A stretch of 24,273 bases of DNA. Origin: an archaeon. GTDB taxonomy: Archaea > Iainarchaeota > Iainarchaeia > Iainarchaeales > CSSED10-239. Positions 9,352-17,446 of this stretch are shown piece by piece. The notes below the pieces were generated by a model, which was not told the origin of the DNA, did not search any database, and saw only the letters and a program-made list of their open reading frames with translations. The stretch lies in NCBI GenBank assembly GCA_035387745.1, contig DAOOON010000005.1, forward strand, positions 14,414-38,686. Reading direction: 5' to 3'. The number at the start of each line of letters is the position of its first letter. Positions within the stretch are counted from its first letter, which is position 1. The translations under genes and the position numbers were made by a program.

Positions 9352-10700
9352 TATCTTCTACCTCTATTGGTGTATTTTTTTTGTCTTATTTTTTTCTTAT
9401 GTTTAAAAAAATCCATTCTTTTCTTTTTAATATCTTCTTCTGTTAGTTCTCCAATTACCATCTTTTTTTGGTTTTCTTTTTTTCTATCCTTTCTATCCTT
9501 ACTGAAATGTTCTCTTCTTTCTTGATATCTGTTTATTCTTTCAAGTGCTCTTTCTTCTTCTTTTGTTCTTTTTAGAGTTATAGGAACAATTGACGGCAAG
9601 ACCTTTGCTTCAACTATAAAACCAAATTTCTTACACATTCTTAGAAAGTCTTCTTCTTCTTTTTGAGTAATGATTGATATTGCTCTTCCTTTCTTTCCGG
9701 CTCTTGCTGTTCTTCCAATTCTATGTATATATTGTGTATTGTCTTTTGGCAAGTCGTAATTGTAGATATATTCTAGATTATCAATGTGTATACCTCTTGC
9801 AGAAACATCTGTAGATATTAATAACCCGTCTGCATTTGCGTGATATTTTTCAATGGTTCCTGATCTTTTATTTTGTTCTAGGCCGCCATGTAATTTAAAG
9901 CATTCTACTCTTTGTTCTTTTAGATTATTATAAATAACGTCTACCTCGCTTCTAGTATTACAAAAAACAATAGCTTTTTTACTGTGTTGCTTAACAAGAT
10001 GTAAAAGCAAAGAAAACTTCTGATTTTGTTTGACTAGATAATAGTCTTGTAAAAGATTTTTTGGGTCAACGTAAGTCTGCACAACAATTCTTTGTGCATG
10101 AGAGATATATTTTCTTTCGATATTTGAGACATCGTTTGTTATAGTTGCAGAAAAAAGAAGCGTTTGTCTTTCTTTTGGTAGTTGCTCAATAATTCTTGAG
10201 ATATCTTCTGAAAAACCCATGTCACACATTCTGTCTGCTTCGTCTAATATTAAATATTTAATATTATTAACTTTTAGATTTCTTCTTTCAAACTGGTCAA
10301 TTATTCTTCCGGGCGTTCCTATAACAATGTCTGCATATTTTAATTGTCTTGCCTGATTACCAACAGAAGCGCCGCCAAATATAGCACAGGCTTGAAGTTC
10401 TTTAACTTTTGCTATTTTTTTGGTTTCTTCATAAACTTGATTAGCAAGTTCTCTTGTAGGTACTATAATTAGTAATTGAACTTTTTTTTGTTTTGTAATT
10501 GATGGTAAAACACCTGCAAGAAAAGCAATAGTTTTTCCTGTACCTGTTGCTGATTGAGCAATTATGTTTTTGCCTTCAAGTATTGCAGGAATAACCTTTT
10601 CTTGTATTTCTGTTGGCGTTTTTATGCCAATATTATGTATTGCCTGTAGTATTTGCTTATCTTTGACAAGGCCTTCAAAGTTATTATTTGTATTTGTCAT
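9351..10700 (-). CDS. DEAD-box ATP-dependent RNA helicase
   Basis: Q-motif region (GIKTPTEIQ), motif I AQSATGTGKT, Ia PTRELA, II DEAD, III SAT and VI HRIGRTARAG. Basic C-terminal tail. Confidence 0.92.
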   Translation of the reverse strand: MTNTNNNFEGLVKDKQILQAIHNIGIKTPTEIQEKVIPAILEGKNIIAQSATGTGKTIAFLAGVLPSITKQKKVQLLIIVPTRELANQVYEETKKIAKVKELQACAIFGGASVGNQARQLKYADIVIGTPGRIIDQFERRNLKVNNIKYLILDEADRMCDMGFSEDISRIIEQLPKERQTLLFSATITNDVSNIERKYISHAQRIVVQTYVDPKNLLQDYYLVKQNQKFSLLLHLVKQHSKKAIVFCNTRSEVDVIYNNLKEQRVECFKLHGGLEQNKRSGTIEKYHANADGLLISTDVSARGIHIDNLEYIYNYDLPKDNTQYIHRIGRTARAGKKGRAISIITQKEEEDFLRMCKKFGFIVEAKVLPSIVPITLKRTKEEERALERINRYQERREHFSKDRKDRKKENQKKMVIGELTEEDIKKKRMDFFKHKKKIRQKKYTNRGRR

Positions 10701-10716
10701 GTTTTATTTTTCCCAT

Positions 10717-11007
10717 TTATTTTTTTTTATAATTTACGGGGTCAAGTCCATATTCTTTTCTGTATCTATTATATCTTGTAATTGCTTCATTAAGTTCTTT
10801 TGTCGCAGCCTCCATATTTAGTTGTGGCTGTGGATTAATTCGTGGATTACTAGATAAATATAAAGAGTATTTCCTCATATATTCTTTTAATCTTTGATCA
10901 ACTATTTTTTCCAGATTTTTTAATATCGCTTTTTCGTTTGGTTTAAGTTTATATTTTTCTTTTATTTTATTTTTTATTTTTCTGGTAGTTTTTTTTATAA
11001 TACGCAT
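10717..11007 (-). CDS. Hypothetical basic helical protein
   Basis: 96-aa ORF directly upstream of and co-oriented with the helicase gene. No recognised motif. Confidence 0.4.
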   Translation of the reverse strand: MRIIKKTTRKIKNKIKEKYKLKPNEKAILKNLEKIVDQRLKEYMRKYSLYLSSNPRINPQPQLNMEAATKELNEAITRYNRYRKEYGLDPVNYKKK

Positions 11008-11086
11008 AGTTCCTCACTTTATTTAAAATAATAAGAAACAAATAGTTTATAAATTAAGATTAAAATAAAAAAAGAAAAAGCATAAT

Positions 11087-11287
11087 TTATATGCTTTTGA
11101 ACTTTATTATAGCCCAAATTGCTGCAAGTCCTACAAGTGTATAAACTATTGTTACTAATATAGGTATTGCACCGAATACTGTAGTTACAAGATTAAAACT
11201 AAAAAGTCCTACAAGTAACCAGTTTAAACCGCCTACAATTATTAAGATGAGTGCAATTAAACTTATTGTGTCTCTCTTTCCTGCCAT
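11087..11287 (-). CDS. DUF378-like small membrane protein
   Basis: 66 aa. GGLNWLLVGLFSFNLV plus a second TM helix matches my recollection of the DUF378 signature. GGAGGT SD 8 nt upstream. Confidence 0.65.
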   Translation of the reverse strand: MAGKRDTISLIALILIIVGGLNWLLVGLFSFNLVTTVFGAIPILVTIVYTLVGLAAIWAIIKFKSI

Positions 11288-11373
11288 TTTTATAACCTCC
11301 GTGTTATATGTTATATTAATATTTATAATAAGAAATGTTTAAATACCCTAATAAATAGACTGCTTGATTCAAA

Positions 11374-12039
11374 TTAATTAGTTAATATTGCATTTAATCT
11401 GTCTGTTATTTCTTTTTTATAATCTCTAAATTGCATTATTGCTTTTCCTTCTTTAGATATTTCAATAGTTAAAGCTTCTAGTTCTTTTGGGAAATCGTGT
11501 TTAAATGCCTTTGTATACTTTATACCTGAAAGTCTTTGAAACAATGCTGCAATAACTATGTCGTGTGTTATGTTTTCAAAAATAATTGTTCTGTTTGTCA
11601 TTTTGTTTACTCTGTTTGGAAGTTTAAATCTGTCTTTTATAATTTGATCTGCTATTACTTCTGGTTTAGGGACAATTCTCTTTGGAAAGTTTCCATTTAA
11701 CCAAATTTTAATAACAATTGAATCTTTTACTCCTAATTTTTCAGAAACTCTTTTAAAAAAAGTTAAGAGATTATCTCTTTTTGTGGTTTTTATTCTTTCG
11801 CCAGAGAAATATTTATGTCCTCTTAGTTCTTTATTTATTCTTAATTTATATTCTGTATTTGTTAGTTTCTCTAAGATCTCTGCAGTTTCAATAGTTCTAT
11901 TTTCTGTAGAAGAATAAATTTTTGCAGGTTTAGATTCTCTTGCTAATTTAACAATATCTTCTTTTCCTTTAGGTGTTATGTTTTTGCCATTTTTTGTTTT
12001 TTGAGCATGTCTTCTAAAAGATATAGATACTGGTGGCAT
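11374..12039 (-). CDS. Histidine phosphatase (phosphoglycerate-mutase-like) superfamily protein
   Basis: N-terminal SFRRHAQK (RH catalytic motif) and C-terminal ITHDIVIAAL (second catalytic His region). Assignment rests only on these two short motifs. Confidence 0.5.
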   Translation of the reverse strand: MPPVSISFRRHAQKTKNGKNITPKGKEDIVKLARESKPAKIYSSTENRTIETAEILEKLTNTEYKLRINKELRGHKYFSGERIKTTKRDNLLTFFKRVSEKLGVKDSIVIKIWLNGNFPKRIVPKPEVIADQIIKDRFKLPNRVNKMTNRTIIFENITHDIVIAALFQRLSGIKYTKAFKHDFPKELEALTIEISKEGKAIMQFRDYKKEITDRLNAILTN

Positions 12040-12079
12040 AAAAGAAATAGAAACAAAAAGAATATAAATTTAATTAAAA

Positions 12080-12691
12080 TCAATTTTTGCTTTTATTAAA
12101 ATTAAACACTCTATCTGCAATCTGTTCTCCATAGATAGATTGTATTTCTTTATAAGAAAAGCCAGCAAATCTTAGTGTTTTTGGGTTTATTCCTCTTGCA
12201 GTTAGTATTTTTGTGGTAATTTTTGGCTTTTTTAATGCCTCTGAAACTAAGAATCTAATTTCTAAAACTTTTGTTCTAGAATATTTTGGAGGATATCTTA
12301 TTGCGCCTTTATATGACCACACACCCTCTCCATTTAGTGTTGCATTATATGATTTGATGTCTTGACCTGACAATTTTCGTCTTAAAGTTCTATTGTTATT
12401 TGCTTTAGTTTCTGTTGTATATCCAAATGGCTTACCATCTGATTTAAAAATATCTGGTCCCATACTTTGGTTACTTTTTATAAGCCCTCTTTTAAGTTTA
12501 AAGTCATATTCTCCTTTTTGCTTTAGAATTTGGGCTCTTTTAAATGCTCTATAGTTCTTTGCGCCTTTTTCTGTTGAAAATACAGGTTTTCCCCCCAAGG
12601 TAGCATTAGGGCCGATACTTATATTTCTTTTAATAATTCCTTTTCTTACTATTTTTGGTTTTACTACAGGTCTTGGTCTTGTTACAGGCAT
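12080..12691 (-). CDS. Basic protein with internal duplicated motif (hypothetical, possibly nucleic-acid binding)
   Basis: RKGIIKRNISIGPNATLGGKP...TEK and KRGLIKSNQSMGPDIFKSDGKP...TTE are two copies of one motif. The protein is very Lys/Arg-rich. AGGAG SD upstream. Confidence 0.5.
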   Translation of the reverse strand: MPVTRPRPVVKPKIVRKGIIKRNISIGPNATLGGKPVFSTEKGAKNYRAFKRAQILKQKGEYDFKLKRGLIKSNQSMGPDIFKSDGKPFGYTTETKANNNRTLRRKLSGQDIKSYNATLNGEGVWSYKGAIRYPPKYSRTKVLEIRFLVSEALKKPKITTKILTARGINPKTLRFAGFSYKEIQSIYGEQIADRVFNFNKSKN

Positions 12692-12782
12692 TTAACATCA
12701 TCTCCTTTAATTATTGAATTTAATTTATATAAAAGGGTAGAAGGTAATATTTAAAAAGATTGCCTCTTTCCTGTAATCTTGG

Positions 12783-12823
12783 ATGTATTACTCAGAAATG
12801 TTAAAAAATAGCGAGTAATACAT
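12783..12823. repeat. Perfect 11-bp inverted repeat with 19-nt spacer
   Basis: ATGTATTACTC (12783..12793) and GAGTAATACAT (12813..12823) are exact reverse complements. Located in the 165-bp gap downstream of hicA and upstream of 12080..12691. Confidence 0.6.
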
Positions 12824-12856
12824 AAAAACACACTAATATTAAAAAAAGGAATTATC

Positions 12857-13084
12857 TTATAATAAATCTAAGAATTCATCTTTTGAAAGTCTTAAGTCCT
12901 GTTTAATTATTTTATTCAAAAGTCCTTCAGGGACGGGCTTATTAGAATGCATTGGTATAACAACTAATCTGCCATCAGAATGAGAAAATATTTTGTGAGA
13001 TCCTTTTTGCCTTATTTCTTTAAAACCCAACTTTATTATGACTTTAGTTAGCTTTAAAGAAGAAACAATAGGAAGCTCACTCAT
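12857..13084 (-). CDS. hicA: HicA-family mRNA interferase toxin
   Basis: 75 aa. KLGFKEIRQKGSHKIFSHSDGRLVVIPMH is the typical HicA (YcfA-like) dsRBD-fold signature with the catalytic GSH. 4-nt overlap with the upstream hicB. Confidence 0.85.
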   Translation of the reverse strand: MSELPIVSSLKLTKVIIKLGFKEIRQKGSHKIFSHSDGRLVVIPMHSNKPVPEGLLNKIIKQDLRLSKDEFLDLL

Positions 13085-13305
13085 AATGTAACCCTTATCA
13101 TACCTAAAACATTATTATTCAATATTTTTGATTTTTCTTCTTTTTTAACTTCTAAATATAGAGAAATTGCTTCTTTCATATTTGTAATTAATTCTTCTAC
13201 AGTATCTCCAGTAGAATAACATCCTGGCAGATTAGGAACAGAACCATAATATTGTTTAGTTTCTTTATCTTCTTCAATTAAAACATCAAAAGAGTTATTT
13301 AACAT
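13081..13305 (-). CDS. hicB: HicB-family antitoxin (UPF0150-like)
   Basis: 74 aa. YYGSVPNLPGCYSTGDTVEELITNMKEAISLYLE is the classic HicB N-terminal domain signature. AGGTGG SD upstream. Confidence 0.85.
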   Translation of the reverse strand: MLNNSFDVLIEEDKETKQYYGSVPNLPGCYSTGDTVEELITNMKEAISLYLEVKKEEKSKILNNNVLGMIRVTL

Positions 13306-13342
13306 ATCTTACCACCTAATATAATATAGAAATAATCAAAAT

Positions 13343-13465
13343 TTAAAGCTTTCTTTTTCTAAAAGAAGCATAGAAATAGGAGTCGGATTCCCTCCTCCCA
13401 GATTCGGTTGGGGAGGAACGAGTTATTGGTTCATTGTTAGAAGTTGGTGGATACTTCTCTTTCAT
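13343..13465 (-). CDS. int: Putative Int(N): N-terminal fragment of an integrase gene split by integration
   Basis: Not in the ORF track (40 codons). AAGGAG, a 9-nt spacer, then ATG at 13465. Encodes MKEKYPPTSNNEPITRSSPTESGRRESDSYFYASFRKRKL*. It reads from inside the element through the left att copy into flanking DNA. Its codon phase across the repeat is identical to that of the integrase ORF at the right att copy. Confidence 0.55.
   Translation of the reverse strand: MKEKYPPTSNNEPITRSSPTESGRRESDSYFYASFRKRKL
13387..13407. repeat. Left attachment-site copy (21-bp direct repeat)
   Basis: ATTCCCTCCTCCCAGATTCGG is identical to 24219..24239 in the same orientation. Confidence 0.85.
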
Positions 13466-13509
13466 TCTTACCAACTCCTTTTAGTTTATATTAATATTCT
13501 GATTGAAAG

Positions 13510-13544
13510 CTTTTATAAAAGTGTAGCTTGTGTAGGGAGTGTAT
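13510..13544 (-). promoter_or_regulatory. Candidate int promoter/operator: palindromic TATA-like element plus three 9-bp-spaced GTGTAG repeats
   Basis: CTTTTATAAAAG (13510..13521) is a perfect palindrome about 45-55 nt upstream of the Int(N) ATG on the minus strand. GTGTAG, GTGTAG and GTGTAT start at 13521, 13530 and 13539. Confidence 0.35.
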
Positions 13545-13555
13545 ACAAACTCAAG

Positions 13556-14737
13556 TTATCTGCACACTACATTTATTATTTTTTGAATATCAGCATATTT
13601 TTCATAATCGCAAATTAATTTCCCCTTATTAAATTCAGAAGAATTACTAAACCATAAATTAACCACACCTTTAGAATAACACGCACAAATTAAAGTATAC
13701 AGTTGATTAGATTGATAATATAATTCTGATTTCTTACGATAAAGTCTATCAACATCTTTATCTCCACTGGTAAACTCTAAAGCAATAGGGGGATGAACTG
13801 TTTTTAATTTACACATATCTTCTAATTCTTCATTACTTCTTGATGCTTTATTTATATATATTTTATATTGGTCTATATCTGAAGTAAAATAATCATATAA
13901 TTTGTGTTTGTCTTTAAGTAAAGCAATTATTTCGATTAATTTCCCCCTTATACTTTTTTTAAGTTCTATTTCTTTATTATATTCATATATTTTAGTAGAT
14001 AATTTTGCTCTTTCTTCTTCTAATTTGAGTAGCTTATTTTGAGAAGGTGTGTTTTTGGAGGTGTCATAATAAAATGTATTACTACATTCTCCACGCAATT
14101 TATTTACTTGCTCATCTATTTTGTTGTATTCTTTAATATCTGGGCATTCTTCTAAGTATATAGATAAAGGAGCATAATTTGTGGTATAGAATAAATCTAT
14201 TTTTGTTATTAGTTTTTCTTTTTTTCCTTCTGTAATTGCAGGAAATATACTTTTGGAATCTTGTTCTTTAATATTATCACTTAAAGTATCCAAAACCAAT
14301 TTTATAAAATCAATAGGATATTTCTGATTTAATAAATCAAATATATCATAAAATTCATTTAAATTTAAAGTTCTATGCAAAATTATATTTTGCGCTAAAT
14401 CAAATCTATTTTTTTTAATTAGATTTTTAGCATAAAGTATTTGATTTTCATCAAATGCTCGTTTATAGTAATAAATCATATCATTTCCATTTACCAGAAT
14501 ATCTAAATCAAAAGCTTTCTTGAATTTAGTTGCTTTCAATTTATCAAATGTGTCCTTATCTGTTGCCTTAAACCAACGTTCAATTATATCTCTCGCACGT
14601 TCTTCTGAAATATCATTAGTGCTATTAAACTTTGAGATTATCAAATCAGATAAATCATTTTTCGTACAATAAGTCTTTTCTTTTATTGTTTTTTCAATAA
14701 AAGGGTATATTTCTTCTTTTGCATCCATACATTCCAC
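13556..14737 (-). CDS. Hypothetical protein (element orphan, 393 aa)
   Basis: Long ORF with no recognised motif. The tracked start is GTG inside an AGGTGG SD, so the ATG at 14728 (MDAKEE...) is the more likely start. Confidence 0.6.
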   Translation of the reverse strand: MECMDAKEEIYPFIEKTIKEKTYCTKNDLSDLIISKFNSTNDISEERARDIIERWFKATDKDTFDKLKATKFKKAFDLDILVNGNDMIYYYKRAFDENQILYAKNLIKKNRFDLAQNIILHRTLNLNEFYDIFDLLNQKYPIDFIKLVLDTLSDNIKEQDSKSIFPAITEGKKEKLITKIDLFYTTNYAPLSIYLEECPDIKEYNKIDEQVNKLRGECSNTFYYDTSKNTPSQNKLLKLEEERAKLSTKIYEYNKEIELKKSIRGKLIEIIALLKDKHKLYDYFTSDIDQYKIYINKASRSNEELEDMCKLKTVHPPIALEFTSGDKDVDRLYRKKSELYYQSNQLYTLICACYSKGVVNLWFSNSSEFNKGKLICDYEKYADIQKIINVVCR

Positions 14738-14936
14738 CTTTATTTGCTTCCAAACTACTATAAAAGTCTGGAGTATTTTTATTATTATTAAATAATTACG
14801 ACCCTAAATGCTTATAAATAGTGCGTTTTATTGGAGCGATAAACCACTCCTATGCTGTTTAAATAAGCAGTTAAAAATCGTTTAGTGCAATATTATGTAA
14901 TAATACCAGAAAACAACAAAAAGGAGAATAAGAAAT

Positions 14937-15179
14937 ATGTCAGAAAGAAAATCGATAGAAGGGACGATATTATCAATATCAAATAAAGTCAATCCAAAGG
15001 GGGTGCCATATTCAATATATAAGATTTCTACTCTTGAAGGAAAAGAGTTAGACTTGTTTCAATGGAATAACAATTTTAGATTATTGAATAAGTTATGTAG
15101 ATTTGAAATAGAATCCAATACAAAAGATAACAAAGAGTATAACTCAATAATTGAAATCAAAGAGGTGAAGAAAGAATGA
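14937..15179 (+). CDS. Small hypothetical protein (beta-rich, possibly OB-fold-like)
   Basis: 80 aa with AGGAG SD upstream. First gene of a tightly packed plus-strand operon. The OB-fold idea comes only from an alternating beta-strand pattern. Confidence 0.5.
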   Translation: MSERKSIEGTILSISNKVNPKGVPYSIYKISTLEGKELDLFQWNNNFRLLNKLCRFEIESNTKDNKEYNSIIEIKEVKKE

Positions 15180-15451
15180 AAGTATATGAACTTAAGGATA
15201 CGACCCCGTATCCTAAACTTAAACACGATAATACTGTTTTTGAATTAAAGACACAAAGCGATTTTGAACAGGCAATCTTGGACAATGATGGGGAAATTTT
15301 TATAGAAGATACTAAATGTTATCTTCTAACTAAAAATAATAGGTGTTATGTATTGTTTTACAAAGATAAAGGACCAATAGTAAGAATGTTGAAAGATAGA
15401 ATGGATGGGGGGAACAGCAATGACAACAATAGAAGAAATATTAGCAAGTAA
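15176..15451 (+). CDS. Small hypothetical protein
   Basis: 91 aa with GAGGTG SD. ATGA overlap with the preceding gene, and it overlaps the start of the next gene. Confidence 0.5.
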   Translation: MKVYELKDTTPYPKLKHDNTVFELKTQSDFEQAILDNDGEIFIEDTKCYLLTKNNRCYVLFYKDKGPIVRMLKDRMDGGNSNDNNRRNISK

Positions 15452-16982
15452 TCCTACTCAGTATTCTAATTTATCTATGGGAATCAAAGATGGTTTATTC
15501 TATTATGGTAAAATGGTTGAACATAAAGGACAACTATTAGAGATGATGGTCTTGTCTAATAGACAACTCTTAACTAATTACAGTAGTTTAAACACAAAAA
15601 CAGATAAAAGACCTAATGAAATAAATAATTTTGGTATATTCTATCAAGATTTACCAATAAACATTGCCAATAACGACTGGTCCAACGATAGCATTACCAA
15701 ATTTATTAGTTCTAATAATAAATTAATGAACAAAAAAGAAGTTTACAATAAAGTAAAAGAACAGATAACTAAATATATGGATTTATATGATGAAAGAATA
15801 AGTTCTATGGTTGCTTGTTGGTGTATGGGCACATATATCTATAATCTATTTTCAGGATATGGGTATATACTGCTTACAAGCCAGAAGGATTCAGGAAAAA
15901 GTAAATTACTAAAAATCATTGGACAACTTTCAAGAAATAGTATCTATCTAAGTTCTCCAAGCGAGTCTGTTTTATTTAGAATGATAAATGGAAATAGACC
16001 TACTTTACTTCTTGATGATTTTGAAACATTAAAGAACGAAGAAAGAACACACTATATCTTGCAAATACTTAAGATTGGTATAGATGAAGATGGGGCAATT
16101 CCAAGAAATGAAAAGTATAAGGATACTTTTGTTCCAAAAAACTATAATTGTTTTTGTCCTAAAGCATTAACAAATACTTGCTCTCTTGACCCTATTACCA
16201 TAAGTCGTTGTATAACTATTAATTTACTTCCAACGAATACAGAAAAGGGTAAACTAAAACCAAATAAAAGAGATTTAATCTGGCAAGAAATAAGAGATGA
16301 TTTGCATATATTGATAATGGAGAATTATCAAGAAATAATTGATATATACAATAACGAATCTTTTGGAGACTTTAATTCAAGACAATTAGATACCACTAAA
16401 GGATTGTTATCTATTGCAAAGTTTATTGATGATTCAGTTTATCAAGAAGTTTCTGAATTTCTAAAAGAATCTTTTAAAGATAGAGACCTACAAGACCTCA
16501 GTTCAGATTGGGAATACTTATTATTTAAGCAACTTTATGAAAAAGTGCCAAGTCCAAGATGGTGTTCTACAAAAGAGATGAATGAATGGTTAAAAGAGGT
16601 CGCAATTCCTACAGATTATAATAAAGGATTTAATCAATATATTGGTTTTGTTTTGAGTAAATTATCTTCATTATTCCCAAAACAAAGACATAATGATGGA
16701 ATTATGTATTTGATATCTCCAAAAAGTGTCCAAGAATATATGAGTTTAAAGAAGTATCCTTGCACCTTAGAGGGTTCACAGGATACACAACCTACACTTG
16801 ATTTCAAAGATGAACCATTTAGGGAATTAAAAAATGAAATTATGGATACTTGTGTAAATTGTAATCAAAGAACCTACGTTAAATATACTTCTAAAGTAGT
16901 AAAGGGTAGAAACATTTGTGAAGACTGTGTAAAGAGTGAAGCCAAAAGGAAGGGTAAAGAACTATTAGATAGTATGTATTGA
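15405..16982 (+). CDS. P-loop NTPase, DUF3631-like; putative element replication/helicase-type ATPase with C-terminal zinc ribbon
   Basis: Walker A-like SQKDSGKSK, then SPSESVLFRMINGNRPTLLLDDFE (Walker B-like). The layout recalls DUF3631/SF3-type ATPases of integrative elements. C-terminal CVNC-x20-CEDC. The likely true start is the ATG at 15420 (MTTIEE...), preceded by a GGGGGG SD. Confidence 0.55.
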   Translation: MGGTAMTTIEEILASNPTQYSNLSMGIKDGLFYYGKMVEHKGQLLEMMVLSNRQLLTNYSSLNTKTDKRPNEINNFGIFYQDLPINIANNDWSNDSITKFISSNNKLMNKKEVYNKVKEQITKYMDLYDERISSMVACWCMGTYIYNLFSGYGYILLTSQKDSGKSKLLKIIGQLSRNSIYLSSPSESVLFRMINGNRPTLLLDDFETLKNEERTHYILQILKIGIDEDGAIPRNEKYKDTFVPKNYNCFCPKALTNTCSLDPITISRCITINLLPTNTEKGKLKPNKRDLIWQEIRDDLHILIMENYQEIIDIYNNESFGDFNSRQLDTTKGLLSIAKFIDDSVYQEVSEFLKESFKDRDLQDLSSDWEYLLFKQLYEKVPSPRWCSTKEMNEWLKEVAIPTDYNKGFNQYIGFVLSKLSSLFPKQRHNDGIMYLISPKSVQEYMSLKKYPCTLEGSQDTQPTLDFKDEPFRELKNEIMDTCVNCNQRTYVKYTSKVVKGRNICEDCVKSEAKRKGKELLDSMY

Positions 16983-17011
16983 TTTTTCAAAAACGAACTT
17001 AGGAGATTAAT

Positions 17012-17446
17012 ATGGCAAGTACAAAAGAAGGTAAAGAGATAAGCAAGATGAATGCTGTAAAAAATGGGTTATACTTAAAGTTTACAGACTTTTTTCCCTG
17101 TAATTTATGTATTAACAGAGAGAAATGTTCTGATTTTATTCCTGGAGGTTCTTGCTCTATTGATTCTGAATTGTTCAATCAATTAGTTACTACTGAGATA
17201 GATGAATTAAAAGTATTAGACCAATTGATTAACTACAATATGGTTAGACTATCAAGAGCAACAGAACAATCAAGAAACAGACCAGACCATATCGAATTAA
17301 GTAGGATATCTGCAGAAATAAGAAATCTTATTCAAGCAAGGTTTATAATAAAAAGAAGGATAGAAGGTGAAAAAGAATATGCACGAACTAAAGTATTGCA
17401 ACCAATGTCCGACCAGAGCCAATTGCATTTATTTCAAGAAAAATAA
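17012..17446 (+). CDS. Hypothetical 4-Cys protein (paralogous motif with the next gene)
   Basis: AGGAG SD. Contains CNLCINREKCSDFIPGGSCSID, i.e. CNxCxxRxxCxxFx5CxxD. Confidence 0.55.
   Translation: MASTKEGKEISKMNAVKNGLYLKFTDFFPCNLCINREKCSDFIPGGSCSIDSELFNQLVTTEIDELKVLDQLINYNMVRLSRATEQSRNRPDHIELSRISAEIRNLIQARFIIKRRIEGEKEYARTKVLQPMSDQSQLHLFQEK

Noticed and set aside
10564-10821. Plus-strand ORF 10564..10821
   Set aside because: Antisense to the DEAD-box helicase N-terminus, where motif I confirms the minus frame, and to the upstream gene.
14738-14936. Replication origin or iterons in the divergent intergenic region of the element
   Set aside because: Only weak 3-4-bp stems and imperfect AT-rich palindromes were seen, with nothing repeated convincingly. 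Left as a place to look rather than a call.
17351-17446. Programmed frameshift joining 17012..17446 to 17367..17669
   Set aside because: The second frame is +1 relative to the first, and no X-XXY-YYZ slippery heptamer is present. A good SD plus ATG at 17379 explains independent initiation.
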